Translations under genes and position numbers: made by a program
NCBI GenBank assembly: GCA_004375715.1
Contig: SOKP01000182.1
Span: 3,813-67,812 of the forward strand
DNA: 64,000 nucleotides
Reading direction: 5' to 3'
From: Promethearchaeota archaeon
GTDB lineage: Archaea; Asgardarchaeota; Lokiarchaeia; Sigyniarchaeales; SOKP01
The notes under the pieces: model-generated
Database searches by the model: none
What the model was told of the DNA's origin: nothing
Seen by the model: the letters and a program-made list of their open reading frames with translations, nothing else
In this document: piece by piece, positions 18,403 to 28,473 of the stretch
How positions within the stretch are numbered: the first letter of the stretch is position 1
Layout of the letters: each line of letters starts with the position of its first letter

Positions 18403-18840
18403 TCAATTCAAGATAAACTCTCTAATCTCGTTCTGAAACGGTTCAAATTGATTAAACTCAGTAAAGTCCTTGTTACTATATCTCGTTATAAAAAGGTTTA
18501 AGATGGGGTCAATTTTTTCAAGGAATTTTTTAACAAACTTATCGGGATCTTTCTTTCTTTTGTCTACTAATCCATACAAAATGACTGGTTCCTTTGAATT
18601 GCAATCTGCGGCTTGCATTTCAAGTGCTTTAAAAATAAATAAAATGTTCCCCGATTCTAAATATTCTAATGAAAGATTGTTAAAAGCGGTTTTAGCAAAT
18701 AGTGTTATCGCTGAAATAAATCCTCCTCTCAAATCCATGCTCACATTTTTAACTTTATCTCTTTTTTCAATTTTCTTAAACTCACAGCTTACTAAGATAA
18801 ATCCTCGGAAAACAATACCTATTTCGTACAGTTCTTTCAT
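18403..18840 (-). CDS. Longin-like (SNARE-like/profilin-like fold) small protein
   Basis: beta-beta-alpha-beta-beta-beta-alpha pattern: IGIVFRGFILVSCEF ... GGFISAITLFAKTAF ... LEYLESGNILFIFKA ... VILYGLVDKRKKDPDKFVKKFLEKIDPILNLF, resembling Sec22/sedlin-type longin domains. Fold assignment is by eye only. Confidence 0.5.
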   Translation of the reverse strand: MKELYEIGIVFRGFILVSCEFKKIEKRDKVKNVSMDLRGGFISAITLFAKTAFNNLSLEYLESGNILFIFKALEMQAADCNSKEPVILYGLVDKRKKDPDKFVKKFLEKIDPILNLFITRYSNKDFTEFNQFEPFQNEIREFILN

Positions 18841-18947
18841 TTTTAATTATAACTTCCTTGTTAGAACAAATCCAATACTATACCTATAAATTTAATAAAA
18901 ATATATGTATTTATTTTTGCTCTATTATTACAAAAAAAAAAATACTT

Positions 18948-19757
18948 TTAGAATTTAGCTTTTTTTCTTAATATTATAGCTTTTTCTGGACATTTGGATA
19001 CACATAACCCGCAACCAAAGCAATATTCTGGGAAAAAATTTAATTTTTCTGTAATAAGCTTTCTTGCACCAAAATTGCAATATTCTTCGCAAACTCCACA
19101 ATTATTACATTTTGCTAAATCCGTATAAGCAATAAAGTCAGATTTGATCATCTGAGGAGAACCGCTTTTTAAGAATTTATTCATAATAACACAGCAACAT
19201 GGACAGCAGTTACATACTACATAATAGAATAATGGATTAGGAAAATAAATAATCTGGTGGACTAAACCCCGTTTATCACTTTCTTCCAATAGCTTTTCTA
19301 TCTCTCTCTTTGAAACTTTTTCTAAATTCTCCGATTTATAGGGAATTTCGCGTAGTGATTTTCCAAACCCTATGTGGATACAGGTTTTAATTGGATGATC
19401 ACAATTTGGCGTATCTGAATACTTCCTTTGCGTTTCTCTACAATAGCAATTAGCAATCCCAGTAACCTTTGATCTGCTTAACAACGACAGAATCTCCTGG
19501 GAAGGAAGAAACTTGGTCTCAATGTCTAAGTTTACATTCAATGGTATAACTTTTCCTCCCCACCTACTCTTAAAAATGTACCTGTTCACTATTTTAATCG
19601 TGTTAATGTTTAACTTAATGTCAAGAAACCTAAAAGTTTCGAGTATAAAATATTCAACTGCTCCAAATGCAAACGACAGAATCTTACCTAAAATGGGTAC
19701 TCTGTCCAAAAAAACATCGAATTTTGCTTGAAAAAGTCTATAAGGAAAAGTTGCCAT
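18948..19757 (-). CDS. Cys-rich iron-sulfur protein with C-terminal 2x[4Fe-4S] ferredoxin domain
   Basis: CNNCGVCEEYCNFGA and CFGCGLCVSKCPEKAI ferredoxin motifs, plus the CNCCPCCC cluster. Confidence 0.75.
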   Translation of the reverse strand: MATFPYRLFQAKFDVFLDRVPILGKILSFAFGAVEYFILETFRFLDIKLNINTIKIVNRYIFKSRWGGKVIPLNVNLDIETKFLPSQEILSLLSRSKVTGIANCYCRETQRKYSDTPNCDHPIKTCIHIGFGKSLREIPYKSENLEKVSKREIEKLLEESDKRGLVHQIIYFPNPLFYYVVCNCCPCCCVIMNKFLKSGSPQMIKSDFIAYTDLAKCNNCGVCEEYCNFGARKLITEKLNFFPEYCFGCGLCVSKCPEKAIILRKKAKF

Positions 19758-19869
19758 AAAATTGAATCGAATCTACTTTTAAATTAAGGGGGAGAATTAT
19801 GTAATCAATTTAATTATTATTCTTTAATTAATTATAATCATAATTCAATTGTTAAAATTAAGAGAGTAG

Positions 19870-20391
19870 TTGAATAGTATGAGCAATACGAATAAAGAAA
19901 TTTTAGAAAAAGCGTTTAGGTTGGGGAAAAAATACGAACAAGAATGCACTGGATGCGCTCAAACGGCGATTGCGGCGATTTTTGAAGCGTTAGGAATTTG
20001 GAATGACGATGTATTTAAAGCGGGAAGTGGTCTAGCAGATGGGTTAGGTTTAACGGGTGATGGTTCCTGTGGAGCGTTAGTAGGAGCGTCTATGGTAATC
20101 GGATATCTCTACGGAAGAAGTCGTGAAGATTTTAAAGATATGTATAAACCCATGAAGTCTTATACGCTTGTAAAAAAGTTGCACGATAAATATGTCAAAC
20201 AATACGGATCATGCCGTTGCTACGATGTTCAAGAGAAATCGATGGGTAGAACATTTAATTTATGGGATGCCGACGAAATAAAAGAAGCGTTCAAGTCGGG
20301 AATGATGGAACATTGCTCTACACTCGTAGGAAATGTAGCTAAACTTGCAACAAAAATAATTTTGAGAAACGGATTTAAACCGCAACATTGA
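19870..20391 (+). CDS. C_GCAxxG_C_C family protein (putative redox-active)
   Basis: CTGCAQTA, GSCGALVGA, CRCYD and HCSTLV match the family-defining Cys pattern. An ATG at 19879 is an alternative start. Confidence 0.8.
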   Translation: MNSMSNTNKEILEKAFRLGKKYEQECTGCAQTAIAAIFEALGIWNDDVFKAGSGLADGLGLTGDGSCGALVGASMVIGYLYGRSREDFKDMYKPMKSYTLVKKLHDKYVKQYGSCRCYDVQEKSMGRTFNLWDADEIKEAFKSGMMEHCSTLVGNVAKLATKIILRNGFKPQH

Positions 20392-20557
20392 AAAGAAAAA
20401 AAATGAAAGGAATTGAACTATTTTCTAATAGTATGGGAAGGAAAACACTCTTCTCTTTAGGGTAATTTATAGTTGCAAATTGATAATTTTTTAAACATAT
20501 AGTATTTTATTAACTTATAACACAAATATTTATTTTTCACCTAAAAAGGTTAGATAT

Positions 20558-20803
20558 ATGTCAGCAGATGATGAGACTCGTTTTTGCCCGTATTGTGGAA
20601 TTAAGTTAAAACATCCTTATTGGGAGCATATTCAATCAGTTCACGCCGAAAAATACACACAAAAAGAAACATGGTTAAAACTCTATCAAGATTATAGAAA
20701 ACTTGGAATGGATGAAGGAATCTCGCTAACAGTCATCTCTGAACTATTCAACGCAACAATAGATGAAATCAAATCCTTCTTGAAGAATAAAAAGGCTCTG
20801 TAG
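20558..20803 (+). CDS. Small C2H2-like zinc-binding protein, possible HTH C-terminus
   Basis: FCPYCGIKLKHPYWEHIQSVH (CxxC...H....H). Confidence 0.45.
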   Translation: MSADDETRFCPYCGIKLKHPYWEHIQSVHAEKYTQKETWLKLYQDYRKLGMDEGISLTVISELFNATIDEIKSFLKNKKAL

Positions 20804-20886
20804 TCTTTATTTTCTTCTTGAAATAATTATGAAATCCTTCTGCTAAAAAATAAATAGAAAAATAGAATATTTAGAAACTATTAAAA

Positions 20887-21171
20887 TTAGAAATCTTCTT
20901 CGTCTTCTTCTAAGAGTCCAGCTTGTTTCAACAAATCTTCAACGCTGTCTCGCATTTTCATGACTTGTTCGTTTTCTGTAAGTTTAAGGTTATCTATGAC
21001 TGTATCGGAAAATTCCATAAATTGTTTGATTGATTGACTCGAGAACTCTTTAATTTTCTCTGAAGTGTCTTCAATAAAATCTTTACCGCTTTCGCCAAAT
21101 GCACCACCAACGAAATCTACAAATGCGGTATTTAGTTTGTCTAAGATGTTTTCCTTCTTCTCTTCACTCAT
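20887..21171 (-). CDS. Acidic helical hypothetical protein
   Basis: 94-aa ORF, highly acidic, ends LLEEDEEDF. No family recognised. Confidence 0.4.
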   Translation of the reverse strand: MSEEKKENILDKLNTAFVDFVGGAFGESGKDFIEDTSEKIKEFSSQSIKQFMEFSDTVIDNLKLTENEQVMKMRDSVEDLLKQAGLLEEDEEDF

Positions 21172-21351
21172 TACACTTTACCTTCCTTTTAATTGATTCA
21201 ATACTTATTTTATATTACAAATGATTATGCGTTAAATAATTTTTTCATATTCTTATATATATAGATTATATTTTAATGAAAATTTGAACCTAACACATCA
21301 TCTATTTCTTATTTGAAATTCTAATTAAATATGAAAATGAAAAAAAAGGTG

Positions 21352-22341
21352 TTAGAAATCAATATCTTGGCCGACTCCCTCTTTTAGGGCTCTATCATAA
21401 ACTAATTTTCCGACTGCTACATCTTGTGCGCTAATTCCAACAGATTTAAACACGGTAATTTCTGATTCAGAAGTACGGCTATGTTCCTTCCCAGTTATGA
21501 TGTTTCCTATTGAAAGAATACTATCTTTAGAAATTATTCCCTCATTAATTGGAATGATATAATCGCCAGCTTCAGCTAAGCACGCTTCCTTTAACCCCGC
21601 TACAAGCAGTGAAGCTCTTTTAATTGTGGTGGAGTCTAATTCTCGAGCATCCGGGGCGTGTGCACCTATAGATGAAATGTGTACACCTTCTGGCACTTTA
21701 TCTCCTGCAAATAACGGTGTCGTACTGGTAGTTGCTGCCACTATAATGTCGGTATTAGAAAGTAAATCATCACCCGAATCTGTGATTTCAACTTCAATCC
21801 CTAATTCTTTCTCAATTTCCATTTTAAAGCTTTCAGCAGTGTCTTTTTTAAAATCAAAAACTTTACATTTTTCCAATTTCTGGTTTAATCCGTAAAATAC
21901 TCCAGAAACTTGCTTTCTTGCTTGAACACCCGCACTATATATCCCCATTGTAGTGCTATCTTTTTTAGCTAAGTATTTTACAGAAACTCCCGTTGCAGCA
22001 CCAGTTCGCATTGCTGTAATAAGGCTACCGTCCATAATCCCAACGATGTCCCCTGTGTTTATGTCTTGAATCATCACTTTCGCCAAAACTGTAGGCATAT
22101 TGTACTTCTCTGGATTTTTCTTATAAACAGATACAATTTTAGTCGCAAGGGCGCTCATTTCACCCCCAATAATACCTGGCATTACTAATGTTAACCCTGG
22201 AGCGGGATCAGTTATAGCAATTCGTTGTGGAACAAAAGCATTCCCAAGTGTCAGTTGCTTATAAGCCTCCTCTACGTATTCTAACGCGTCTGCCATGTTT
22301 AATAACTCTGCTACATTATCTTTAGTTAAAATTCTTACCAT
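21352..22341 (-). CDS. Ornithine cyclodeaminase / mu-crystallin family (archaeal alanine dehydrogenase-like)
   Basis: Family-typical N-terminus (ILTKDNVAELLNMADALEYVEEAYKQL), TAMRTGAATG, Rossmann MGIYSAGVQA, ISSIGA. Confidence 0.85.
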   Translation of the reverse strand: MVRILTKDNVAELLNMADALEYVEEAYKQLTLGNAFVPQRIAITDPAPGLTLVMPGIIGGEMSALATKIVSVYKKNPEKYNMPTVLAKVMIQDINTGDIVGIMDGSLITAMRTGAATGVSVKYLAKKDSTTMGIYSAGVQARKQVSGVFYGLNQKLEKCKVFDFKKDTAESFKMEIEKELGIEVEITDSGDDLLSNTDIIVAATTSTTPLFAGDKVPEGVHISSIGAHAPDARELDSTTIKRASLLVAGLKEACLAEAGDYIIPINEGIISKDSILSIGNIITGKEHSRTSESEITVFKSVGISAQDVAVGKLVYDRALKEGVGQDIDF

Positions 22342-22460
22342 TTCTTATGTATTCACCATTTTTTACATTTAAATTTAATTACAGTATTATTCTTGAGCTA
22401 TTAAATGTATATATTTACATTTTAAAATCATCAAAGATTTCAAGATATAAGTGAAGACTT

Positions 22461-23936
22461 ATGAGTAGAGATCATTTCCTCCATGGATTCTTAAATCCTA
22501 AAAGCGTGGCTTTTTTTGGGGCCAATAACAAAGGAAGTTCCTTAGCAGCAATTCAAATCATGAACCTAATAAAATCCGGATATACGGGAAATGTTTATCC
22601 AATTCATCCTAAATTGGATGTAGTTATGGGTTTTAAAACTTATAAAACCATCGCAGATGTTCCTGAAGTTCCTGATCTTGTTGTTATTGTATTAGCGGCC
22701 AAAACGGTACCTCGAGTATTTAAGGAATGCGGGGAAAAAGGAGTAGATAAGATTATATTAATATCCGGGGGTTTTCGCGAATTAGTTGGTGACCGAAAAA
22801 ACACTCTTACTGAAGAAATTGATGAGATTGCGAGTAATTATGGAATAAGGTTTATTGGTCCAAACTGTTTAGGAGTTTTTAATAATTGGTACGAACCTAA
22901 TAATAACAATAGTGCGTTTAATATAGCTATATGGGAACATTTAAGAAAAGGAAATTTTTCAATTGCATCTCAGAGCGGAACGCTTTCATCGCACATATGG
23001 TTTGATCCAGAAAATCTAGATTTAGGGTTATGTAAGTCCTTATCCGTTGGAAATGAAGCCAATATTGACATCGTAGATTGTTTAGAATACTATAAGGATG
23101 ACGAAAAAACGGAAGTTATAGGCCTCTACATCGAAGAATTAAAACGTGGAAAGAAATTTTTAGAATTGGCAAGAGAGATATCTCCTAAAAAACCGATTAT
23201 CGCGATTTATGTTGGAGGTTCTCAAGGAGGCAATAGAGCCTTGCAAAGCCATACTGGGTCACTCGCGGGTGATTCAAAAATATTCAACGCAGTATTTAAA
23301 GAAACGGGAGTCATAAAAACGGACTATGTTCAAGAATTCTTGGATACTGCCTTAATCTTATCAAATAAAATATTACCTAAAGGTAACCGAATAGGGATAA
23401 TTACAAATTCTGGAGGACCAGGAGCTATGATTGCCAATAATGCAGAAAATCATGGACTTGTCGTTCCTGAGTTTTCTAAAACGCTTCAAGAAGAATTGAA
23501 ACCTCTCTTACCTTTAACTGCAGGCTTTAATAATCCTGTAGATTGTACGTTTGATATGAACCTTCCTTATTTTTACATAACTCTCCCAGAATTAATAATG
23601 AAATCTGGGGAGGTAGATGCTATTTTCCAGTATGGTGTTGTTGGGTTTCAGGATGTTATGGACGATTATCTCCAGAATGAAGAAATTGCAAAATGGGCAG
23701 AATTTCAAAATCAGTCAGAAGATAGCATGGATAGGTTTGCTGAACAATTACTCCAACCGACTATGAAAAACAGCCAAAAATATTCAATTCCGATTTTTTA
23801 CATCAATCCTATGAGCTTTACGAGTCCATGGTCTAAGCGGTTAAGAAAGAACGGAGCTCTACTGTTTACATTGTGGGATAGACCTGTAAACGCCCTCGCT
23901 AAAGTCTGTGAATATATTAAATACAAACAGAAATAG
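22461..23936 (+). CDS. ADP-forming acyl-CoA synthetase alpha-like protein (CoA-binding + succinyl-CoA-ligase-like domains, no ATP-grasp)
   Basis: FLNPKSVAFFGANNK, GNVYPIHPK, GPNCLGV, phosphohistidine-loop-like QSHTGSLAG. Confidence 0.8.
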   Translation: MSRDHFLHGFLNPKSVAFFGANNKGSSLAAIQIMNLIKSGYTGNVYPIHPKLDVVMGFKTYKTIADVPEVPDLVVIVLAAKTVPRVFKECGEKGVDKIILISGGFRELVGDRKNTLTEEIDEIASNYGIRFIGPNCLGVFNNWYEPNNNNSAFNIAIWEHLRKGNFSIASQSGTLSSHIWFDPENLDLGLCKSLSVGNEANIDIVDCLEYYKDDEKTEVIGLYIEELKRGKKFLELAREISPKKPIIAIYVGGSQGGNRALQSHTGSLAGDSKIFNAVFKETGVIKTDYVQEFLDTALILSNKILPKGNRIGIITNSGGPGAMIANNAENHGLVVPEFSKTLQEELKPLLPLTAGFNNPVDCTFDMNLPYFYITLPELIMKSGEVDAIFQYGVVGFQDVMDDYLQNEEIAKWAEFQNQSEDSMDRFAEQLLQPTMKNSQKYSIPIFYINPMSFTSPWSKRLRKNGALLFTLWDRPVNALAKVCEYIKYKQK

Positions 23937-23945
23937 GAGTAACTG

Positions 23946-25205
23946 TTATAACAATATTTTTTTTGAGATAGAAAGTGCACAGTGTTTACCACACATAGTG
24001 CAAAGTTCTCCATCAGTTAAGTGTCTCTTTTTTGGCTCATCAGGGTCTATACAGTATTCAAATTGCGCTCTCCAGTTTTTTAAATAGCGATTCTTAGAAA
24101 GCTCCAAGTCGTCGTTAAAAAGGTGATTCAAACCAAATTTCATAGAATCCCCTACATGTGCGGCGATTTTGCAAGCGATTAATCCGCTCTTGATATCTTC
24201 AAGCGTAGGTAAGCAAAGGTGCTCTGCAGGAGTAATAGCACATATATAATCTGCGCCAAATCCAGAAGCAAATGCACCCCCGATAGCAGCAGCAATATGG
24301 TCGTGACCTGTAGCTGTATCAATTGGAAGTGGTCCTGATACGAAAAGCGGTCGGTAGTCGGTCATCTTCTTATGTAGTTTCACCCATTTAATTATGTTTT
24401 TTGCTGTAATATGACCTCCCAAGCTTTCTAAAATTACTTGAACTCCATAATTATTCGCGATTTTTGCTAATTTGTTATTCTTCTTTATTTCAGTAAGCTG
24501 AAATTCATCGACTTCATCGTGAATGCAACCACTTCTTAAAGCATTTCCAAGATTTAATACTACATCGTATTCTTTCATTAGTTCAAGAAGATTCTCAAAA
24601 TTCTGTAAAAAAGGATTTTCTACTTGTTTAGTTTTCATGTAAGACGCAGTCAAACTTCCTCCTTTTGAAACCAGTTTCATTACTCTTTTTCCTTTCATTT
24701 CGTTCAATGTGTTAAGAGTAAATCCTGAATGCAACACTATCGAACTTACTCCATCTTTGAGCTGTTTTTCTACTACTTTGAAAATCAAATCTTCTGTAAT
24801 TCCCGATACATCTCCTGCTTCAATTACTACTTGATAGATTGGCACAGTCGTTATAGGAACGCTTGAAATTTCTATAATTTTCTTCCTAATTTCGTCAATT
24901 TCCCCGCCCATTGAAAGATCTGAGATAGTATCTGCACCATATTTCTGAGCTACCTCTACTTTTTTAAATTCCTCGTTTAAATCTATAGCCGAAGAGGAGG
25001 TGCCAAGATTAACGTTTATCTTTGTTCTCAAAGGATAACCGATTCCCACAGGATGATAATTATCTCTTTTCATAATGACTACCTCTCCCTTTGAGATCTT
25101 TTTCATTAACTTTTTAACATCAATTCCTTCGTTCTCAGCAACATAGCGTATTTCTTTTGAGATGACATTTCCTACAGCGTCTTCTAAAATCGTCATAATA
25201 CACAA
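23946..25205 (-). CDS. thiC: Phosphomethylpyrimidine synthase ThiC (short archaeal form)
   Basis: DTISDLSMGG, VPIYQ, VSKGGS, LGNALRSGCIHD, GPLPIDTATGHDHIAAAIGGA, C-terminal CTMCGKHCA radical-SAM-type cluster motif. Confidence 0.9.
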   Translation of the reverse strand: MCIMTILEDAVGNVISKEIRYVAENEGIDVKKLMKKISKGEVVIMKRDNYHPVGIGYPLRTKINVNLGTSSSAIDLNEEFKKVEVAQKYGADTISDLSMGGEIDEIRKKIIEISSVPITTVPIYQVVIEAGDVSGITEDLIFKVVEKQLKDGVSSIVLHSGFTLNTLNEMKGKRVMKLVSKGGSLTASYMKTKQVENPFLQNFENLLELMKEYDVVLNLGNALRSGCIHDEVDEFQLTEIKKNNKLAKIANNYGVQVILESLGGHITAKNIIKWVKLHKKMTDYRPLFVSGPLPIDTATGHDHIAAAIGGAFASGFGADYICAITPAEHLCLPTLEDIKSGLIACKIAAHVGDSMKFGLNHLFNDDLELSKNRYLKNWRAQFEYCIDPDEPKKRHLTDGELCTMCGKHCALSISKKILL

Positions 25206-25365
25206 AAATTATTCGTTTAATTGGTATACGAGTAATAATAGAGAAGGTCAATTATATTTTACTCATGCTTAAAGAGAGCTAAAGTCTCTTTTAGATGGTA
25301 GTTATCCTACACTTAAGAAAATTCTAGACTATATACTTTATAGAGGGATACTTTAAATTTTTTCA

Positions 25366-25983
25366 ATGAAAACCAATGGTATGGATTCGTATGATAATTT
25401 ACCCAATGCTGAAATTAAACCTGTTGGAGAATTTTCAATTAAGTTTTTAGACTTAGGAATTAAAACCTTTAAAGATGCGTGCGATTATGTGCACAATATT
25501 GACTACGGTTATAATACAAATTACGAAGATAAAATGATATTCTTCAAAGAAAATAAAGGGACATGTACTACCAAACATGCTGTAATCGCAGGCCTCGCAC
25601 AAGAACTTGAAATTCCACTATATAAACATGTATGCATTTACAAATTTACAGAAGAAATAACGACTGGTGTACACGAAATTTTGAAAAAATTTGAAATTCC
25701 CTACATTCCTATGACCCATTGTTTCTTAGTATATGATAGATATAAATTTGATCTCACAGAAGGTAATCGCAATGGAAAAAAAAAACCAATTGATGATTGT
25801 ATACATACGGAAAGAGTCGATCCGTTCATTAGTAGAAAAGACGAGTATTTACTTTTCAAAAAAGTATTAAAAGAAAAAATTCTTCCATCAAAAGAAATGG
25901 AAGGAATCCATGAAAAAACCCTACTAAAAGCAAGAGCGAAGGGCATCGTTCTTCTGCTAAGCTGTATTTCACCACAGTTGTAG
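25366..25983 (+). CDS. Hypothetical protein, possibly transglutaminase-like cysteine-protease fold
   Basis: GTCTTKHAVIAGLAQELEIPLY resembles the G-x-C...IP core motif, followed by a THCFLVYD...D candidate His/Asp. Weak. Confidence 0.35.
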   Translation: MKTNGMDSYDNLPNAEIKPVGEFSIKFLDLGIKTFKDACDYVHNIDYGYNTNYEDKMIFFKENKGTCTTKHAVIAGLAQELEIPLYKHVCIYKFTEEITTGVHEILKKFEIPYIPMTHCFLVYDRYKFDLTEGNRNGKKKPIDDCIHTERVDPFISRKDEYLLFKKVLKEKILPSKEMEGIHEKTLLKARAKGIVLLLSCISPQL

Positions 25984-26026
25984 TAAGTAAGACAAAGTAA
26001 TTATTAGTTCTCTTATTCTAATTATT

Positions 26027-26866
26027 ATGGAAAACAATAAGAAAAAGGAAACTGAAGGAAGCGTTATTAATGTTAGTACAAAACCTAACACAATAACTTC
26101 GTTAAAACGCGATTTTGAAGCTCTTGGTGTTAAACCAGGGGCTATAATGATTATGCATAGTTCACTAAGTAAAATTGGTTGGACTGTTGGAGGACCAGTA
26201 TCAGTTATTAGAGCTTTGATGCAAACCCTAACTCCCGAGGGCACTTTAGTAATGCCGACATTTTCAAGCGGCAACTCTGAACCATCTAAATGGGAAAATC
26301 CACCCGTACCTGAGAGTTGGTGGGATATGATTAGAAAAGAGATGCCCCCCTTCGATCCAAAAATAACCCCCACTAGAGAAATGGGAACCATCGTTGACAC
26401 TTTTAGAAGTTGGCTTAATGTCCTACGGAGCAATCACCCAATGTCATCTTTCGCAGCCTGGGGTAAACACGCAAAATTTATCACCGATAATCACGAATTA
26501 AAAGGAGATCTTGGCGAAGGATCCCCTATTTCGCGCTTATACGAACTCGATGGACAAATATTATTGGTAGGTGTTAGTCATGAGAACAATTCAGCGATAC
26601 ATCTTGCCGAATATAGAAGTGATTTTCCTGGTAAAAAATATAATAACACCGGATGCGCAATGCTGATAAATAATCAGAGAAAATGGGTAGAATGGGAAGA
26701 ATTAGACCTTAATAGTGATGATTTTGAAAAACTCGGAGCTGATTTTGAATCCAAAATCAATTACAAACCGGGTAAAGTTGGAATAGCTGAAACTCGACTG
26801 ATTTCACTACGAGCTATCGTAGATTTTGGAGTTGAGTGGCTAAAAGAGAATCGAAAAGTTCCTTAA
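26027..26866 (+). CDS. Aminoglycoside N3-acetyltransferase family (AAC(3)/YokD-like)
   Basis: ITSLKRDFEALGVKPGAIMIMHSSLSKIGWTVGGPVSVIRALMQTLTPEGTLVMPTFS and SAIHLAEYR are typical of the Antibiotic_NAT family. Confidence 0.85.
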   Translation: MENNKKKETEGSVINVSTKPNTITSLKRDFEALGVKPGAIMIMHSSLSKIGWTVGGPVSVIRALMQTLTPEGTLVMPTFSSGNSEPSKWENPPVPESWWDMIRKEMPPFDPKITPTREMGTIVDTFRSWLNVLRSNHPMSSFAAWGKHAKFITDNHELKGDLGEGSPISRLYELDGQILLVGVSHENNSAIHLAEYRSDFPGKKYNNTGCAMLINNQRKWVEWEELDLNSDDFEKLGADFESKINYKPGKVGIAETRLISLRAIVDFGVEWLKENRKVP

Positions 26867-26902
26867 GCTTACTACATAATCAAAATTTAAAGTGATTTTT
26901 AT

Positions 26903-27730
26903 ATGAAAATGATTAATGAAACAGCAATCGTAACCGGTTCCACAAGTGGGATTGGTAAAAAAATAGCCGAACTATTCCTTAAAGAAGGCTGTAAAGTAGC
27001 AATTTGTTCTAGAAATGAAACTAACGTAAATCAAACTGCAGCAGAATTTAAAGAGGAATTTGGCGATTCTGTCATTGGAATACCTTGTGATGTTTCTGAT
27101 CCTGATGCCGTAAAGAATCTTATTGACAAAACCATTGATGCTTTTGGATCCATCCGTATCTTAGTAGCGAACGCTGGTGTGAACTTAACATACGGCCCCT
27201 TTCAATATTTATCACCGGATAAGGTTAACTCATACGCAAAAACCATAATCGGTATAAATTTAATTGGAGCAATAAATTCAATATCGGCAGTATTACCCCA
27301 AATGATTAAACAAAAGTATGGAAGGATAATATCATTATCAGGAGGAGGAGCTGATAGGCCGATGGAACATATGACCATTTACTCTGCTTCTAAAGGAGGG
27401 GTCGTCGCATTTTCTCAATGCTTAGCAAAGGAGTTGGAAGCGACCGAAAATGATATCAAAATTAACATATATCAACCAGGAATGATACATACCAATTTAT
27501 ACAATGTAGAATTAATTGAAGCTTGGAAGGATAAGGATACCTACGACGCTGAGATGGAAGTATTAAAGAAATATGTTATGACAGATATTGAAAAAAGCAC
27601 CATGACAGTGATTCCGTACACATTACCAACATGCAAAGATAATGGCAAGTCTTTCAGGGGTTTTCCGCTCGCTAAGATGATTAGAGGGTTCATGAAAGTA
27701 TCAAAAGAATTGAAGCGTATGAATAATTAA
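26903..27730 (+). CDS. Short-chain dehydrogenase/reductase (SDR)
   Basis: TGSTSGIGK, NAGV, catalytic YSASK. Confidence 0.9.
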   Translation: MKMINETAIVTGSTSGIGKKIAELFLKEGCKVAICSRNETNVNQTAAEFKEEFGDSVIGIPCDVSDPDAVKNLIDKTIDAFGSIRILVANAGVNLTYGPFQYLSPDKVNSYAKTIIGINLIGAINSISAVLPQMIKQKYGRIISLSGGGADRPMEHMTIYSASKGGVVAFSQCLAKELEATENDIKINIYQPGMIHTNLYNVELIEAWKDKDTYDAEMEVLKKYVMTDIEKSTMTVIPYTLPTCKDNGKSFRGFPLAKMIRGFMKVSKELKRMNN

Positions 27731-27904
27731 CGCTGAAATACTTAATCTCAAAACTAACTAGAACTTTTTTAACAATTAAAAACAAAAAAAAAAAGATAAG
27801 GTTAGATAACAATCGCAAAAAGAGTTTTTTACTTTTTTACTTAATTATTATTTAATACTTATTATATTTAATTACATTTACAGAATTATACTAACTCATT
27901 TAAA

Positions 27905-28192
27905 TTAATAGCGATTTCGTCTTCCGCCGCCGCCTCCGCCTCGATTATACGAGTTAAACGAAGGAGGAGCTTTTTCGGTTACTACGACATTTGAAGCTTG
28001 AGGGCCTTTTTCGCCTTCAGTTACTTCAAATTCAACCTTATCGTTTTCATTTAATGTCTTATATTCGTCATCTCCACCTGCTAATGCAGAGAAATGAACG
28101 AAGACATCAGTACCATCTTCTGAATTTATAAATCCAAAGCCTTTTCGGCTATTAAACCATTTTACTGTTCCGGTTACCAATTTTAAAACCAA
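27905..28192 (-). CDS. Cold-shock domain protein with Gly/Arg-rich tail (copy A)
   Basis: [30 protein letters not shown] (RNP1/RNP2 of the CSD), tail [12 protein letters not shown]. The ORF track extends to a TTG at 28225, but that extension is not conserved in copy B. Conserved TTG candidates are at 28192 and 28180. Confidence 0.85.
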   Translation of the reverse strand: MVLKLVTGTVKWFNSRKGFGFINSEDGTDVFVHFSALAGGDDEYKTLNENDKVEFEVTEGEKGPQASNVVVTEKAPPSFNSYNRGGGGGGRRNRY

Positions 28193-28473
28193 TTTTTTTT
28201 TAAAAAATAATTCTTTCAATTTCAAAGAATTAATTAAAATAACAATCCATCAATAATATCTTTTTACCTTTTTTTTAAAATTAAAACAAATTTCTATAGC
28301 AGAATAGTCAATCTACCCAGATATATTTTCAAAATTAACTAGCGCTTTTTTAATATTTATAAACAAAAAAAAAGATAAGGTTAGATAACAATCGCAAAAA
28401 GAGTTTTTTACTTTTATTATTTAATACTTATTATATTTAATTACATTTACAGATTTATACTAACTCATTTAAC

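Noticed and set aside
25206-25365. Looked for a TPP riboswitch upstream of thiC
   Set aside because: No CTGAGA/ACCTGA-type conserved cores or the P1-P5 helices are visible. TPP riboswitches are also uncommon in archaea.
25969-26433. 154-aa ORF on the minus strand overlapping the AAC(3)-like gene
   Set aside because: The plus-strand frame carries full-length Antibiotic_NAT motifs. The minus-strand product is low-complexity and overlaps two convergent or divergent real genes.
28193-28225. N-terminal extension [11 protein letters not shown] of csp copy A
   Set aside because: It starts at a TTG in an A/T homopolymer region. The equivalent sequence of copy B contains an in-frame stop, so the extension is not conserved between near-identical paralogues.
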